From positions 2,816,001 to 2,880,000 of the forward strand of contig CBDBEV010000001.1 in NCBI GenBank assembly GCA_965204535.1: a DNA stretch of 64,000 bases. The letters run 5' to 3'. The notes below the pieces were generated by a model. That model ran no database searches. It was not told the DNA's origin and was given only the letters and a program-made list of their open reading frames with translations. Shown here in pieces: positions 10,282 through 19,603 of this stretch (position 1 is the first letter of the stretch; each line of letters starts with the position of its first letter). A program made the position numbers and the translations under genes. Source of the stretch: a bacterium (GTDB taxonomy: Bacteria > UBA8248).

Positions 10282-10548
10282 CTACCTGGTTCGCTCGATG
10301 AGTTCGCGCAAAGAGGCCATCGCCTCCTCGTGCCTGTGTTTGGAATCTTCCTCCCTGCGGCGAGACTCGGCCATGGCCTCGTCGTGCTTGGCCATCGCCT
10401 CACGGTGCTTGCGCTCCGAATCGTCGGCGCGCATGGCGGCGTTCCTGTCCATCGTGCGGATGCCGTGGTAGATGAGGCCGAGGCCGGCGTAGGCGGCTGC
10501 GAGGTTCAGGTAGGCGGCGATGAGGTTGAGGTATTCGGACGACGTCAT
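10282..10548 (-). CDS. Small membrane-anchored H-x-x-x-M repeat protein (paralog 1)
   Basis: N-terminal hydrophobic helix ending GLIYHGIRTM, HREAMAK/HDEAMA/HEEAMA repeats, C-terminal LRELIERT. Confidence 0.7.
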   Translation of the reverse strand: MTSSEYLNLIAAYLNLAAAYAGLGLIYHGIRTMDRNAAMRADDSERKHREAMAKHDEAMAESRRREEDSKHRHEEAMASLRELIERTR

Positions 10549-10692
10549 GGGTTTTCCCCGGAGTGGGCCACATGGAACTCTCGCGTATATTCAGTATAAA
10601 AAGAGGTTCCGCCCATCGTCAAACCCCGCGGGGCGGGGACCCGGGCCCACTCGCTCTCGCCCTGAAAGGACAGCCCCTCCTCGGGGCTGTCC

Positions 10693-11190
10693 AACCCCCC
10701 CTACCCCCCCTTGACAGGGGGGTATGAAAAGGCGGCGCCCGCCACCGAGATGAACGCAAATTCACTCCCCCCTTGAGGGGGAGTCAGTGAGCTAGGGGCG
10801 TAAGCCCCGCAAGCGAACTGGTGGGGGGAGTTTTTTCTGTGGCATGTCCCCCCACCGAATCGGCCTTCGCCAAGGCTCGGCCTCTTCGTCGGGCTTTCCC
10901 CTCGGGAAGCCCGACCCTCAAGGGGCTGTTGAATAACCCCTCGTCGAGCGGAATTGATTGCCGGAATGACAATCAAAAGCACATTCACCCGTAGGGGCGG
11001 CCCCCTGTGGCCGCCCTGCCCCGTGGCTACGCTTCGCAGGGACAGGCACGGGGGCCTGTCCCTACAAACCCTTTACTTGCAGGGTGCTGTGCGGACTTTT
11101 TCAACAGACCCTCAAGGGGGGAGTTGATCTTTTTTGGCGGGGGTTGCTTTTTCATACCCCCCTGTCAAGGGGGGGTAGGGGGGGTTGGTT
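10693..11190. repeat. Nested composite palindromic repeat (C-rich IR pair > ACTCCCCCCTTGAGG element > MITE > GTAG REP pair)
   Basis: Outer AACCCCCCCTACCCCCCCTTGACAGGGGGG ... CCCCCCTGTCAAGGGGGGGTAGGGGGGGTT; inner MITE 10922-11110 with TSD CTCAA. Confidence 0.82.
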
Positions 11191-11209
11191 TTCGAGCTGG
11201 CGGGCGGCC

Positions 11210-12271
11210 TCATTCGCCGTAGCGAAGCCTCGCCATCGCGCCCTGTTTCGCGAGCTGGCCCTGCGCGTAGCGCCCCGGCATGGTCGGCGACTGCCAGCGC
11301 CCGGCGATTTGCATCTCGACCAGCGACGCCCCCGCCGTGGCCAGGCTCTGCGCGCTGCCCACGCGCAGGCTGTGCCCGCTGATGCGCCCCTCCACGCCCG
11401 CGTCCCGGGCGCGCTGGATGATGATGCGCCGGATGCTCCTCTCCGTCAGGCGGCCTTCCCGCAGCCGGCCCCCCTTGAACAGCGGCCGGAACAGCGGCCC
11501 CTTCGTCAGGCCTGCCTCCAGAAGCCAGGACCGGACGCGCGCCACCGTCGGCTCGCCCAGAAACTGCACGACGCCCTCGCCCTCCTGGTCCGTCTTCGAG
11601 CGGCGGATCAGCACCGTCTGCTCGTCGAGGTCCACGTCCTCGATGTCGAGCGCCTCGACCTCCGACACCCGGAGCAGGGCGTCGCTCGCCACCGCCACGA
11701 TCGCCGCGTCGCGCAGGCCCCCCAGGGTCCCCGTCCCCTCGGCCAGCGCCGCCGCGCGGTCCGCCTGCTCCCAGCGCACCCCCACCACCTGGCCGCGGCC
11801 GCGCTCTGCGGCCAGGCGCCTGAAGCCGGCCAGCACCCGCTCCGAGGCCGCCCCCGCCGGAGAGGGCCGGCCGTTCAGCTTCGCCCGGAAGCGAAGCGCC
11901 GCGACCGCCATCGCGGCCACGGCCGCCGAGTGCCCCTGTTCGTAGAGATCCCCCAGGTACGCCGCTATCCCGGCGTCGGTCTCGGGGTTTCCCGAGCGCT
12001 CGAACCTCCGCAGGGCCGTCTCGTACACTCGCCGCGTGTTCTTAGACATCGACGCCTTCGCCAGGTCGGCGGCCGCACGGGCCGGTCGGGCCGGCCTTCT
12101 CGTCAAAGCGATGTCCTGTTCTGGGTCGGGCGGTGTTGCCCCAGTCGTCATGGCGAGAAGCCAACCTTCTAGGTCAGCGGCCGTTTCCATTCCCTGAGGC
12201 CGTCCGAGCGCCTCGTTACGCTCAAGGGCCTCGTCAAATACCGAGTATAGACGACGGCGGGAAATTTCCAA
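11210..12271 (-). CDS. Cre-like tyrosine site-specific recombinase (true start may be a downstream ATG, about 12191 or 12152)
   Basis: Catalytic set R (LLRVSE), K (RSKTDQ), HxxR (SGHSLRVG), W (GRW), Y (GRY); C-terminal GAMARL resembles Cre GAMVRL. Confidence 0.9.
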   Translation of the reverse strand: MEISRRRLYSVFDEALERNEALGRPQGMETAADLEGWLLAMTTGATPPDPEQDIALTRRPARPARAAADLAKASMSKNTRRVYETALRRFERSGNPETDAGIAAYLGDLYEQGHSAAVAAMAVAALRFRAKLNGRPSPAGAASERVLAGFRRLAAERGRGQVVGVRWEQADRAAALAEGTGTLGGLRDAAIVAVASDALLRVSEVEALDIEDVDLDEQTVLIRRSKTDQEGEGVVQFLGEPTVARVRSWLLEAGLTKGPLFRPLFKGGRLREGRLTERSIRRIIIQRARDAGVEGRISGHSLRVGSAQSLATAGASLVEMQIAGRWQSPTMPGRYAQGQLAKQGAMARLRYGE

Positions 12272-12320
12272 GTAAAAAAACCGTTTTGGGGGGCAGAAAC
12301 CCGGACGAAACGGCGGGTTT

Positions 12321-12354
12321 CTGAAGTCCGATAATTACTATTATCAGAAAATAT
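12321..12354 (+). promoter_or_regulatory. Putative lox-like recombination site A (13-8-13 bp)
   Basis: CTGAAGTCCGATA-ATTACTAT-TATCAGAAAATAT; inner arms TCCGATA/TATCAGA quasi-palindromic. Confidence 0.7.
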
Positions 12355-12377
12355 AACACCTCTCACGGCCATGTCAA
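12350..12377 (-). promoter_or_regulatory. Sigma70-type promoter inside the putative invertible segment, currently facing the recombinase
   Basis: Minus strand TTGACA-16 bp-TATATT with extended -10 TGn. Confidence 0.72.
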
Positions 12378-12499
12378 GCGCAATTCCGGGGTCCCCGGAG
12401 GGGTTTCGGGCGCTGTTTTGCGCCTTTTTTCGCTTATATTTCGCTTATTTTCGTCTCAAATGCGCCCCGAATCCGGTTTTTCGGCGGAAAACGGGGGTT

Positions 12500-12533
12500 C
12501 TGGGGGCCGTTAATAGTAATTAGCGGTCACCAG
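12500..12533 (-). promoter_or_regulatory. Putative lox-like recombination site B (13-8-13 bp), inverted relative to site A
   Basis: CTGGGGGCCGTTA-ATAGTAAT-TAGCGGTCACCAG; arms 10/13 palindromic; spacer is the exact reverse complement of the site A spacer. Confidence 0.75.
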
Positions 12534-12757
12534 GCCGGGAACGGTGGGACATACCGCAGGGATTCACCTCTCGCGGAACGACTCACCACCGGCCCGGACC
12601 ATGAAAGGGTTCAAGTCCGCCGCGTTTCAGGCGGCCGAAAATACGAATCACCAGTTTGTGAAGGCCCGAAATGAAAGCTCACGAAAGGAGGTTAATCGGA
12701 GAAAGCCGGAAATTCACGGAAAATCCCTTTTTCTATGTATTCAGGAGGACTCACTAA

Positions 12758-14791
12758 ATGACGTTCAGAGAGAAACCGATAAACAAGCTTTACGCTTTCG
12801 CGCTGGCGGCGCTCTTCGCGCTGACGCTGGCGGGCTGCGGCGGTGGCGGCGGCGGGACGACTGCCACGCCGGACTCGGAGCCGCCACCGATGCCGACGGC
12901 TTACGAGCAGGCGGTTGCGGCAATCGCGGCAGCCGAAACGGCGGAAGCGGCACAGGCGGCCTACGATGCGGTGGACCAGGCTGCTATTACTGGCGCAGAG
13001 TCGCAGAAGCTGCAGGCAGCGCTTGACGACAAACTGGATATGCTGGCGACAGCGATGCGCGCGGCAGACCAGAAAAAAGCGCTGAGTACGGCAGCCGGGG
13101 AGATAGATACCTCCGACCTGTCCACTCAGGAAGCGGTTGACGCCGCACGGACCGCCATCGCAGGGCTTCGGCAGGCGCTGGCCGACGCGGAAGACGTGAG
13201 CGATGAAGACAAGGCGATGTACATGTCGCAACTCGACGACGCCGTGGCTGCCGTGGACGAGGCGCAGGGCGGGATCGACACCGACGAGCGCCGGACGAAC
13301 CAGACGGCGGCATTGACGAGCGCTTCCGGGACCCTCCAGGCGGCCCTCGCGGCGCTTTCCGGCTCGACGCCAACGCAGGCGCAGCTCGACGCCGCCACCG
13401 CCGCTCTCGCCGCTCTGAACATGGCGATTGCGGATGGCGCAGACTTGACCGACGCGGAAAAGGCTGCGTATGTGCGAGAGGCGGCCAATGCGGCGGCGCC
13501 GATCCAAACGGCGCAAGCCGCCTTCGATAAGGCCAAGGACGCTGCCGACGACCAGATGAAGAAGGACATGGCCGCCAGCGGCAAAGCGTTGCACAAGGCG
13601 TTGACGACCGATCCGCTGGATTTCCTGGACGACGATGTCGCAGTATCCCTTGCGGCTAGCGGACTTATGGTGAACCCGAATGGAACTGCCGACGATACCG
13701 ATGGGCTAGCCTCCGTCCCCTTGAAGGCCAGCGGTTCGGCCGGATCGTTGGACGGCTGGAGCGGGATGAACTATGCCCATATGGATTCGGGCACGAAGGT
13801 CGCCAACTCTGCCGTGGTTTACACGAATCAAGGTGCGCCGACGACGGAGACCTTCGCTAGTGAATACGGGACCGGTGGTGATTCAGTGACCGAGGGTACC
13901 TACACCCCGGACAACCGTCGTCTGGCGATTGACGTATCGGCGACCGCCAATAGCAAAAAAATGAAGAGTTCGAGGTTCCCGACGGTTGGAAGCCAAAATT
14001 TCCCACCTGCGCAGTCGGGAGGCAGCGAAGTGTCGTTCTCGGGCACATATGACGGAGCGTCCGGCACATACCTGTGCACTACGGCCAATGCTGCCAATGG
14101 TTGCGCTGCCACGTATACCCCTACCGGAGGAATAACGCTCACCGGGACCTGGATATTCACCCACGCGGTCGGTGCGATGGTGTCGAGGGCAGACGGCGAC
14201 TACCTGTATTTCGGTTGGTGGTTGCGCAAGGACAAGGACGACATGCCGACGCATGCCAGCGCGTTCTCCGGTGTGGCGGGAACGGTAGCGGCCCCGACCG
14301 TCAGTTACACTACCCTTGCAGGCTCCGCGACCTATGTCGGCAAGGCGGTCGGAAAGTTCGCTCTGAGCAACCCGCTCGACGGCACGGGCAACGCCGGCCA
14401 CTTCACGGCGGACGCTACCCTGACCGCCAAGTTTGGGGCGAACGAGGCGCCCACCAACGGTGGTGTTACCGGAGTGATCGAAAACTTCATGGCCAACGGT
14501 GCCTCCGTGCCGTGGAGCGTGAAGTTGAATCGCGCTGCATGGGGTGACACCGGCTCGTTCGCCCCCGCGGATGATGCTACCACCACAACTGTTGACGAGT
14601 CGGTGACCGCCGGCACAGTTTGGTCAATCGACGGCAACGCGGCGCCGGCGTCCGGCATCTGGAGCGGTCAGATGTATGACGAGAAAGCCAGGGACGGAAG
14701 TGACGTTCCGACCACGGCCATCGGCACGTTCCAGTCCGAGTTCAGCAGCATCGGCCGCATGGTCGGCGCCTTCGGCGCGAACAAGCAGTAG
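12758..14791 (+). CDS. Large surface lipoprotein; Ala-rich helical N-half, TbpB/HpuA-like (Slam-substrate-like) beta-barrel C-terminus
   Basis: GGAGG RBS; lipobox LAGC followed by Gly run; YLYFGWW, SATYVGKAVGK, FTADATLTAKF, terminal VGAFGANKQ. Confidence 0.8.
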   Translation: MTFREKPINKLYAFALAALFALTLAGCGGGGGGTTATPDSEPPPMPTAYEQAVAAIAAAETAEAAQAAYDAVDQAAITGAESQKLQAALDDKLDMLATAMRAADQKKALSTAAGEIDTSDLSTQEAVDAARTAIAGLRQALADAEDVSDEDKAMYMSQLDDAVAAVDEAQGGIDTDERRTNQTAALTSASGTLQAALAALSGSTPTQAQLDAATAALAALNMAIADGADLTDAEKAAYVREAANAAAPIQTAQAAFDKAKDAADDQMKKDMAASGKALHKALTTDPLDFLDDDVAVSLAASGLMVNPNGTADDTDGLASVPLKASGSAGSLDGWSGMNYAHMDSGTKVANSAVVYTNQGAPTTETFASEYGTGGDSVTEGTYTPDNRRLAIDVSATANSKKMKSSRFPTVGSQNFPPAQSGGSEVSFSGTYDGASGTYLCTTANAANGCAATYTPTGGITLTGTWIFTHAVGAMVSRADGDYLYFGWWLRKDKDDMPTHASAFSGVAGTVAAPTVSYTTLAGSATYVGKAVGKFALSNPLDGTGNAGHFTADATLTAKFGANEAPTNGGVTGVIENFMANGASVPWSVKLNRAAWGDTGSFAPADDATTTTVDESVTAGTVWSIDGNAAPASGIWSGQMYDEKARDGSDVPTTAIGTFQSEFSSIGRMVGAFGANKQ

Positions 14792-15440
14792 CAGCGAAGA
14801 GCAGGACGCCTATGGCTTCGGGGCTTCACGGCCCCGGAGCCGGGGCGATATGAGGAGAGCGAAAAAGGGGGTTGCCCGTTGGTTGCTTCCCTCGTGATGG
14901 AGCAAACTGTACCGCTCCTGGTTGTGAGTTTGAGTCCTCGAGCCGGGAGGGGGAACAACGGGCGGCCCCTGTTTTCGTCATGCACACAGGCCGGCGCCCC
15001 GCTCGGCCGGGCCTCGGACCTCAGGGATTGTGTCGCAGCAACTCCCGCCTTCCGCCGGCCCTTCGCGGGGTGTCGGCCTTTTTTTTCTTGAGCGGATGCG
15101 CCCGCATCCCTGCCCTGAAAGGACAGCCCCTCCTCGGGGCTGTCCTGCCCCCCCTACCCCCCTTGACGGGGTTGTTGAAAAACCCTCCGGTGGGGAAGGA
15201 ATCCCGATCATCGAATTGTTCACCGTAGCAAGGACAGGCCCCGGCGCCTGTCCGAGGCCCCCGTGCCTGTCCGTGGCCCTCGCGCCCTTGCTGTATCCGG
15301 GTGAATACGACCGACGGGCGGCCACGGGGGGCCGCCCCTACAACTGCGGCGCGTAATCGCTGTAGGGACAGGTCGCGACCTGTCCCTACGGGGTGTCGCT
15401 TCCTCGGTCGGTTCGATTGCCCTCTCACTTGTTGAAAGGC

Positions 15441-15962
15441 AACCCCCCCCTACCCCCCCTTGACAGGGGGGTAAGAAAAAGCAAGATCTCAAAAAAGGAT
15501 CAACTCCCCCCTTGAGGGTCTGGCTTCCCGAGGGGAAAGCCCGACAGAAGCCGAGCGGTTTGTGCGAAGGCTGATGCGGTGGGGGGACATGCCACAGAAA
15601 AACTCCCCCCACCGAATCGCTTGCGGGCTTACGCCCTTAGCTCTTCGTCTGGCTTTCCCCTCGGGAAGCCAGACCCTCAAGGGGCTGTTGAAAAAGCCCT
15701 GATGAACGCGGGTTTTGCGCGACCGAGGAGGGGCGGTTTTGTAGGGGCCGCATACATGCGGCCCTTGTAGTGGGCAAAAAAAAATCAGGGTCGCATATAT
15801 GCGACCCCTACATACAAACAAATTTTCCTCTCGGGGGTTTTTCAACAACCCCCTCAAGGGGGGAGTGAATTTTCTCTCTCGTCGGTCTGTTATATACGAC
15901 AAATCCAGAGTTCCAGGCTTTTTCATACCCCCCTGTCAAGGGGGGGTAGGGGGGGTTGGTTT
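15441..15962. repeat. Nested composite palindromic repeat (four levels)
   Basis: Outer C-rich IR pair; ACTCCCCCCTTGAGG element about 15503-15868; MITE 15681-15852 with TSD CTCAA; GTAGGGGCCGCATA...CCCCTAC pair 15741-15811. Confidence 0.82.
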
Positions 15963-16040
15963 TGGGGCGAGACGACCGGTGCGGGGGACGCAAAAGAACC
16001 TCATCCCGAGTAGGCCCGAAGGGCCGTATCGAGGGGGCCG

Positions 16041-16604
16041 CTACTCGGGGTGAGGGGTATCGGGCGGCGCGGCGGTGCGGCGGATGAGTTCCTTGAGCGC
16101 CTCCATGTTCTCATGGTGCTGTTCGCTTTGCTCCCCGCGCAGCGCCTTGAGCGCCTCCATGTTCTCGCGGTGCTGATCTTTGTGCTCCTCGCGCTGGGCG
16201 GCGAACGCTTCCATGGTCGCGATGTGCTGAGCTTTTTGATCCTCGCGCTCGGCTGCGAGCGCGTTCATGGTCGCGCGGTGTTGATCTTTGTGCTCTTCGC
16301 GCTGTGCGGCGAGCGCGCTCATGGCTTCGCGGTGCCGGGTGTCGAGCGCCTCCATGTTTTCGCGGTGCGTGCGCTCCATCGCCTCCATGGTTTCGCGGTG
16401 CTGGGCGTCGCGGTGGCGCGCGGCCTGGCGCATGAAGTAGAGGCCGTAGGCGATCAGGGAGCACTGCGCGGCCCCGACGAGCGCGGCGACCCACACCGAG
16501 GCCTGCTGCGCCGCGAGGGACGCTTTCTGGATGGCCAGGGATGCTTCCTGCAGCGCGAGTGTGGATTCCTGGATGGCGAGGCTTGCGGCTTCGTATTCCG
16601 TCAT
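16041..16604 (-). CDS. Membrane-anchored H-x-x-x-M repeat coiled-coil protein (paralog 2)
   Basis: AQCSLIAYGLYFM helix, seven HxxxM modules, C-terminal LKELIRRT. Confidence 0.75.
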   Translation of the reverse strand: MTEYEAASLAIQESTLALQEASLAIQKASLAAQQASVWVAALVGAAQCSLIAYGLYFMRQAARHRDAQHRETMEAMERTHRENMEALDTRHREAMSALAAQREEHKDQHRATMNALAAEREDQKAQHIATMEAFAAQREEHKDQHRENMEALKALRGEQSEQHHENMEALKELIRRTAAPPDTPHPE

Positions 16605-16721
16605 TCGGTTTTCCCCCACGTTAGTGGGTCCTCATAGGCGTTACTCTAATGCGCCGCCGCGCGTTTTGTCAAGATGAATGCCGGGCGGTGGGGGAGCGAG
16701 ACCGAACGGGGAGAAGAGCGT

Positions 16722-16897
16722 TTCACTCCCCCCTTGAGGGTCTGGCTTCCCGAGGGGAAAGCCAGACGAAGAAGCCGAGCGATTTTTGCGAAGGCTGAAT
16801 CGGTGGGGGGACGATTCTAAAGTAAAAGCTCCCCCCACCGAATCGCTTTCGGGCTTACGCCCTCAGCTCTTCGACTCCCCCTCAAGGGGGGAGTGAA
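16722..16897. repeat. ACTCCCCCCTTGAGG...CCTCAAGGGGGGAGT multi-hairpin repeat
   Basis: Terminal IR plus internal GGTGGGGGGA/CCCCCCACC IR; homologous copies near 10762, 15503, 19665 and at 19815-19970. Confidence 0.8.
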
Positions 16898-17148
16898 ATA
16901 CCTTGGGGGTCATTGCTGACTGATGAAGGAAGAACCAACGCAAGGGGGTTTTTCTTCCACCCCCTCGTTGGCGGGCGTCGCCTTTTCATACCCCCCTGAC
17001 AAGGGGGGGCAGGGGGGGTTGGTTTTGGGGCGAGGGAGATGTAGTGACAGTCCCTCCTCGGGGCTGTCCGAGGCCCCCGTGCCTGTCCGAAAAAAGACAA
17101 CCGCAGAGGGCAGGACAACGCCCGTCATTTTTCTCTGCTATTCATCCC

Positions 17149-18993
17149 TCAAAACACCATCCTTAGGGCGAGCGAGAGGTGGTGGCTGCGGCGCGAGTCT
17201 TCGCCGAAGCGTCCGGAGTAGCTCAGGAGGCCGCTCGCGCGCTCGCCGAGTTTCGCGCTCAGCCCAAAGTCTGCGCTCACGGTGCTGACCGAGGGCGTGA
17301 AGCCCGGAAGCGTGAAGCGTCCGGGCATGGTGTTCGAACCCGCCGAGACGAGGACGGGGTCGTCCTCGAGTTCGCGCTCATAACCGATGCGGGCGTAGGG
17401 GCGGAACCCGCCGACGCTCCAGTCGAAGCCGTAGCCGCCGCGCATGACGAGCGAGTTGCGCGAGAAGTCCGAAAAATTCATCGCGGCCGAAGAATTTCCG
17501 TTCTCCCGGTAGCCCTTGACCTCCTGGTTGAGCAGCGAGAGACCGAAGAACGGGCCGTGCCGGAGAGTCTCCGAAGCGCCCAGCGTACACGTCAGGTCGA
17601 GTTCGCCCCCGAACTGGGCGGCATCGGTGGAGCCGCGCTCGGTGCGCACCGCCGCGCCCAGGGCGATGGAGCGCTCGACGTCCACCGAGGTCTGCCCCAG
17701 GGTCAGGGCGACGCTCACCTGGAGGCCGCCGCTGCGCCACGCGCCGTGCAGCGAGCCGAGCACCGCGTCGCCTTCGAGGTTCGCGCCCGCGAGTTCGTTC
17801 TCATGAAGGGCGATGCTGAGCGCGGCGCCCCAGGAGAGGTCGGGACCTGCGCGGTGGCCCGCGCCCAGGGTGAGCGCCGTCATGTCGGATTCGATATCCC
17901 CGAGGCGCGCGAAGGCGCCCGCGTCGCTCATGCCGAACCCGCCCCGCGCATAGCCGCGCCAGCTCCCGACGGGCAGCGCGAAATCCGCGGCCCGCTCCGC
18001 CGAGATGACGCCGTGGTGCGCCTCCGCCGCCTCGACGCCCGCCTCGCCCGCGAGCGAAACCTGGAGCGGGGCCGCGAGCGCGGCGGTGACGAGGTTCGCG
18101 AGCATCGCGTGGACGGCGCCGCCCGGGTGGCTGCGGTCCGCGAACAGATGCGTTTCGCCTGCGCCCGGCGCGTAGGTGACGGGAAAAGGAGAACCCTCGG
18201 GCCCGCACTGGATGGAGAGGGCGCTGTCTGCGTTCGGCGCCCCGCAGGCCGTCCCCGTGACGCTGGTGAAGCCGTACCTCCCGGGATTCGCGGCGATTTC
18301 GCCCAGCAACGCATGGGCGTTGACGGAGATGACGCCCTCCTCACGCTCGCGAATGCCGGCATGGAGTTTCTCGTTGTATTGGCCGACCAGCGCGGAAAGC
18401 CCCGCCTGAACGGCGGGACCCAGGGTGACGGCGTAGGGCGCCTGGCCGGCGTCGGGCATGTTGAAGACCACGACGCGGCGGGCGCCCGCCGCGCGGAGTC
18501 GCCCAATCTGCGCGGCGTTCACGTCCGCAGCCGCAAGGATGTGGGCCAGCGCGTTGGGGGAGTCGTTTTGCGCGGCGTCCGAGATGTCGTTCGAGCCGCC
18601 GAAGACGGCGTAGAGCGCGTTCGGGTCGAGGCTTCCGCCGCTGGCGGCGAGATGCATGCCAATCTGCTCCGTCACCGTCGGCACGTCGGGCTGATCGCAG
18701 GGCGTGGCCGGGTTCATGCACGCCCCGGCGAAGGCGTAGTTCGGCCCGCCGGCGAGCGAGTTGCGTCCCGATGCGCCGAAGGCCCCCGCGACGAGCTCGG
18801 CCCAGACGGGGTCGGGGTTCGTGGTGAAGCTCGTGCCCGCGGGGAGCCCCTGCGTCTGGCCCACGTTGCCCGAGTCGCTCAGGCTGTCGCCGAACACGAC
18901 GAAGTCGGAGAAACTCTGGGCCGGGGCGCTCCCGGCGAACCCCAGGGTGAGAGCGAAAACGATGACGAGGAGCAGACGAAAACGATGCGGCAT
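17149..18993 (-). CDS. GDSL lipase/esterase autotransporter (EstA-like)
   Basis: Signal peptide, VFGDSLSDSG, NYAFAGA, GGSND, DRSHP; C-terminal beta-barrel ending in F. Confidence 0.9.
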   Translation of the reverse strand: MPHRFRLLLVIVFALTLGFAGSAPAQSFSDFVVFGDSLSDSGNVGQTQGLPAGTSFTTNPDPVWAELVAGAFGASGRNSLAGGPNYAFAGACMNPATPCDQPDVPTVTEQIGMHLAASGGSLDPNALYAVFGGSNDISDAAQNDSPNALAHILAAADVNAAQIGRLRAAGARRVVVFNMPDAGQAPYAVTLGPAVQAGLSALVGQYNEKLHAGIREREEGVISVNAHALLGEIAANPGRYGFTSVTGTACGAPNADSALSIQCGPEGSPFPVTYAPGAGETHLFADRSHPGGAVHAMLANLVTAALAAPLQVSLAGEAGVEAAEAHHGVISAERAADFALPVGSWRGYARGGFGMSDAGAFARLGDIESDMTALTLGAGHRAGPDLSWGAALSIALHENELAGANLEGDAVLGSLHGAWRSGGLQVSVALTLGQTSVDVERSIALGAAVRTERGSTDAAQFGGELDLTCTLGASETLRHGPFFGLSLLNQEVKGYRENGNSSAAMNFSDFSRNSLVMRGGYGFDWSVGGFRPYARIGYERELEDDPVLVSAGSNTMPGRFTLPGFTPSVSTVSADFGLSAKLGERASGLLSYSGRFGEDSRRSHHLSLALRMVF

Positions 18994-19230
18994 GCGAAGG
19001 ACTCCTTTTTCGGGAGAGAATTTACGTCGATAGCGAAAAGACCCGCGCGTCGAATGAGGGCAAGATAGCAAATTCACGGCGCCTGCGGCAATCAAAAACG
19101 CGCCGCTCGCAAACGCTTTGCGCATCGGGAAGGGCTCTCCTGCGGCGTTTCGCGGGATTCGGGCCTGCGGGAGTGAAACCGCCGCGAATCGTGGTATAAT
19201 GCCGTATCCGTTTCGGTTACGTCCTTAAAA

Positions 19231-19506
19231 ATGGAGTGCGGCATGGCGGACGGGTTGTCCGGTTTCAGGGAGCGAATCGACGCGTGCGATGCGCAGATCG
19301 TCCGCCTCGTCAACGATCGGCTCAAAATCTGCCTCGAAGTCGGTGAATACAAGAGCGCGCGCGGCATCGCCGTCAAGGACGAAGCGCGCGAGGGCGAGGT
19401 GCTCGCCAGGGTGCTGGACGGCAACGAGGGTCCGTGCCCGCCCGATGTCCTCAGGCGGATCTACCGCATCCTGATCGACACCGCCGTCCGCCTCGAGGAG
19501 AAATGA
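19231..19506 (+). CDS. Chorismate mutase type II (AroQ-like)
   Basis: FRERIDACDAQIVRLVNDR...VGEYK...DEAREGEVL. Confidence 0.85.
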   Translation: MECGMADGLSGFRERIDACDAQIVRLVNDRLKICLEVGEYKSARGIAVKDEAREGEVLARVLDGNEGPCPPDVLRRIYRILIDTAVRLEEK

Positions 19507-19603
19507 TTTCACAGGGGGCTTTTTCAACGGTCCCCTTGCCGGTCGGTCGGGATTCCACCGCAGGGACAGGCCCCTGTGCCTGTCCGTATGGACTCGAAAA
19601 GCA

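Noticed and set aside
14872-16053. Short ORFs within repeat blocks (GLLKNP, PPCQGG, TGRDLSL peptides)
   Set aside because: Translations of REP/MITE sequence with no RBS or family support
17179-19068. Long antisense ORFs (629 aa here; also 859-2046, 37274-38725, 45467-46894, 49662-51371)
   Set aside because: Shadow ORFs opposite well-supported genes, expected in high-GC DNA
10282-19125. Integron with cassette array (recombinase plus small co-oriented ORFs between palindromes)
   Set aside because: The recombinase is Cre-like and lacks the IntI-specific insertion; palindromes lack attC RYYYAAC/GTTRRRY organisation and also occur between housekeeping genes
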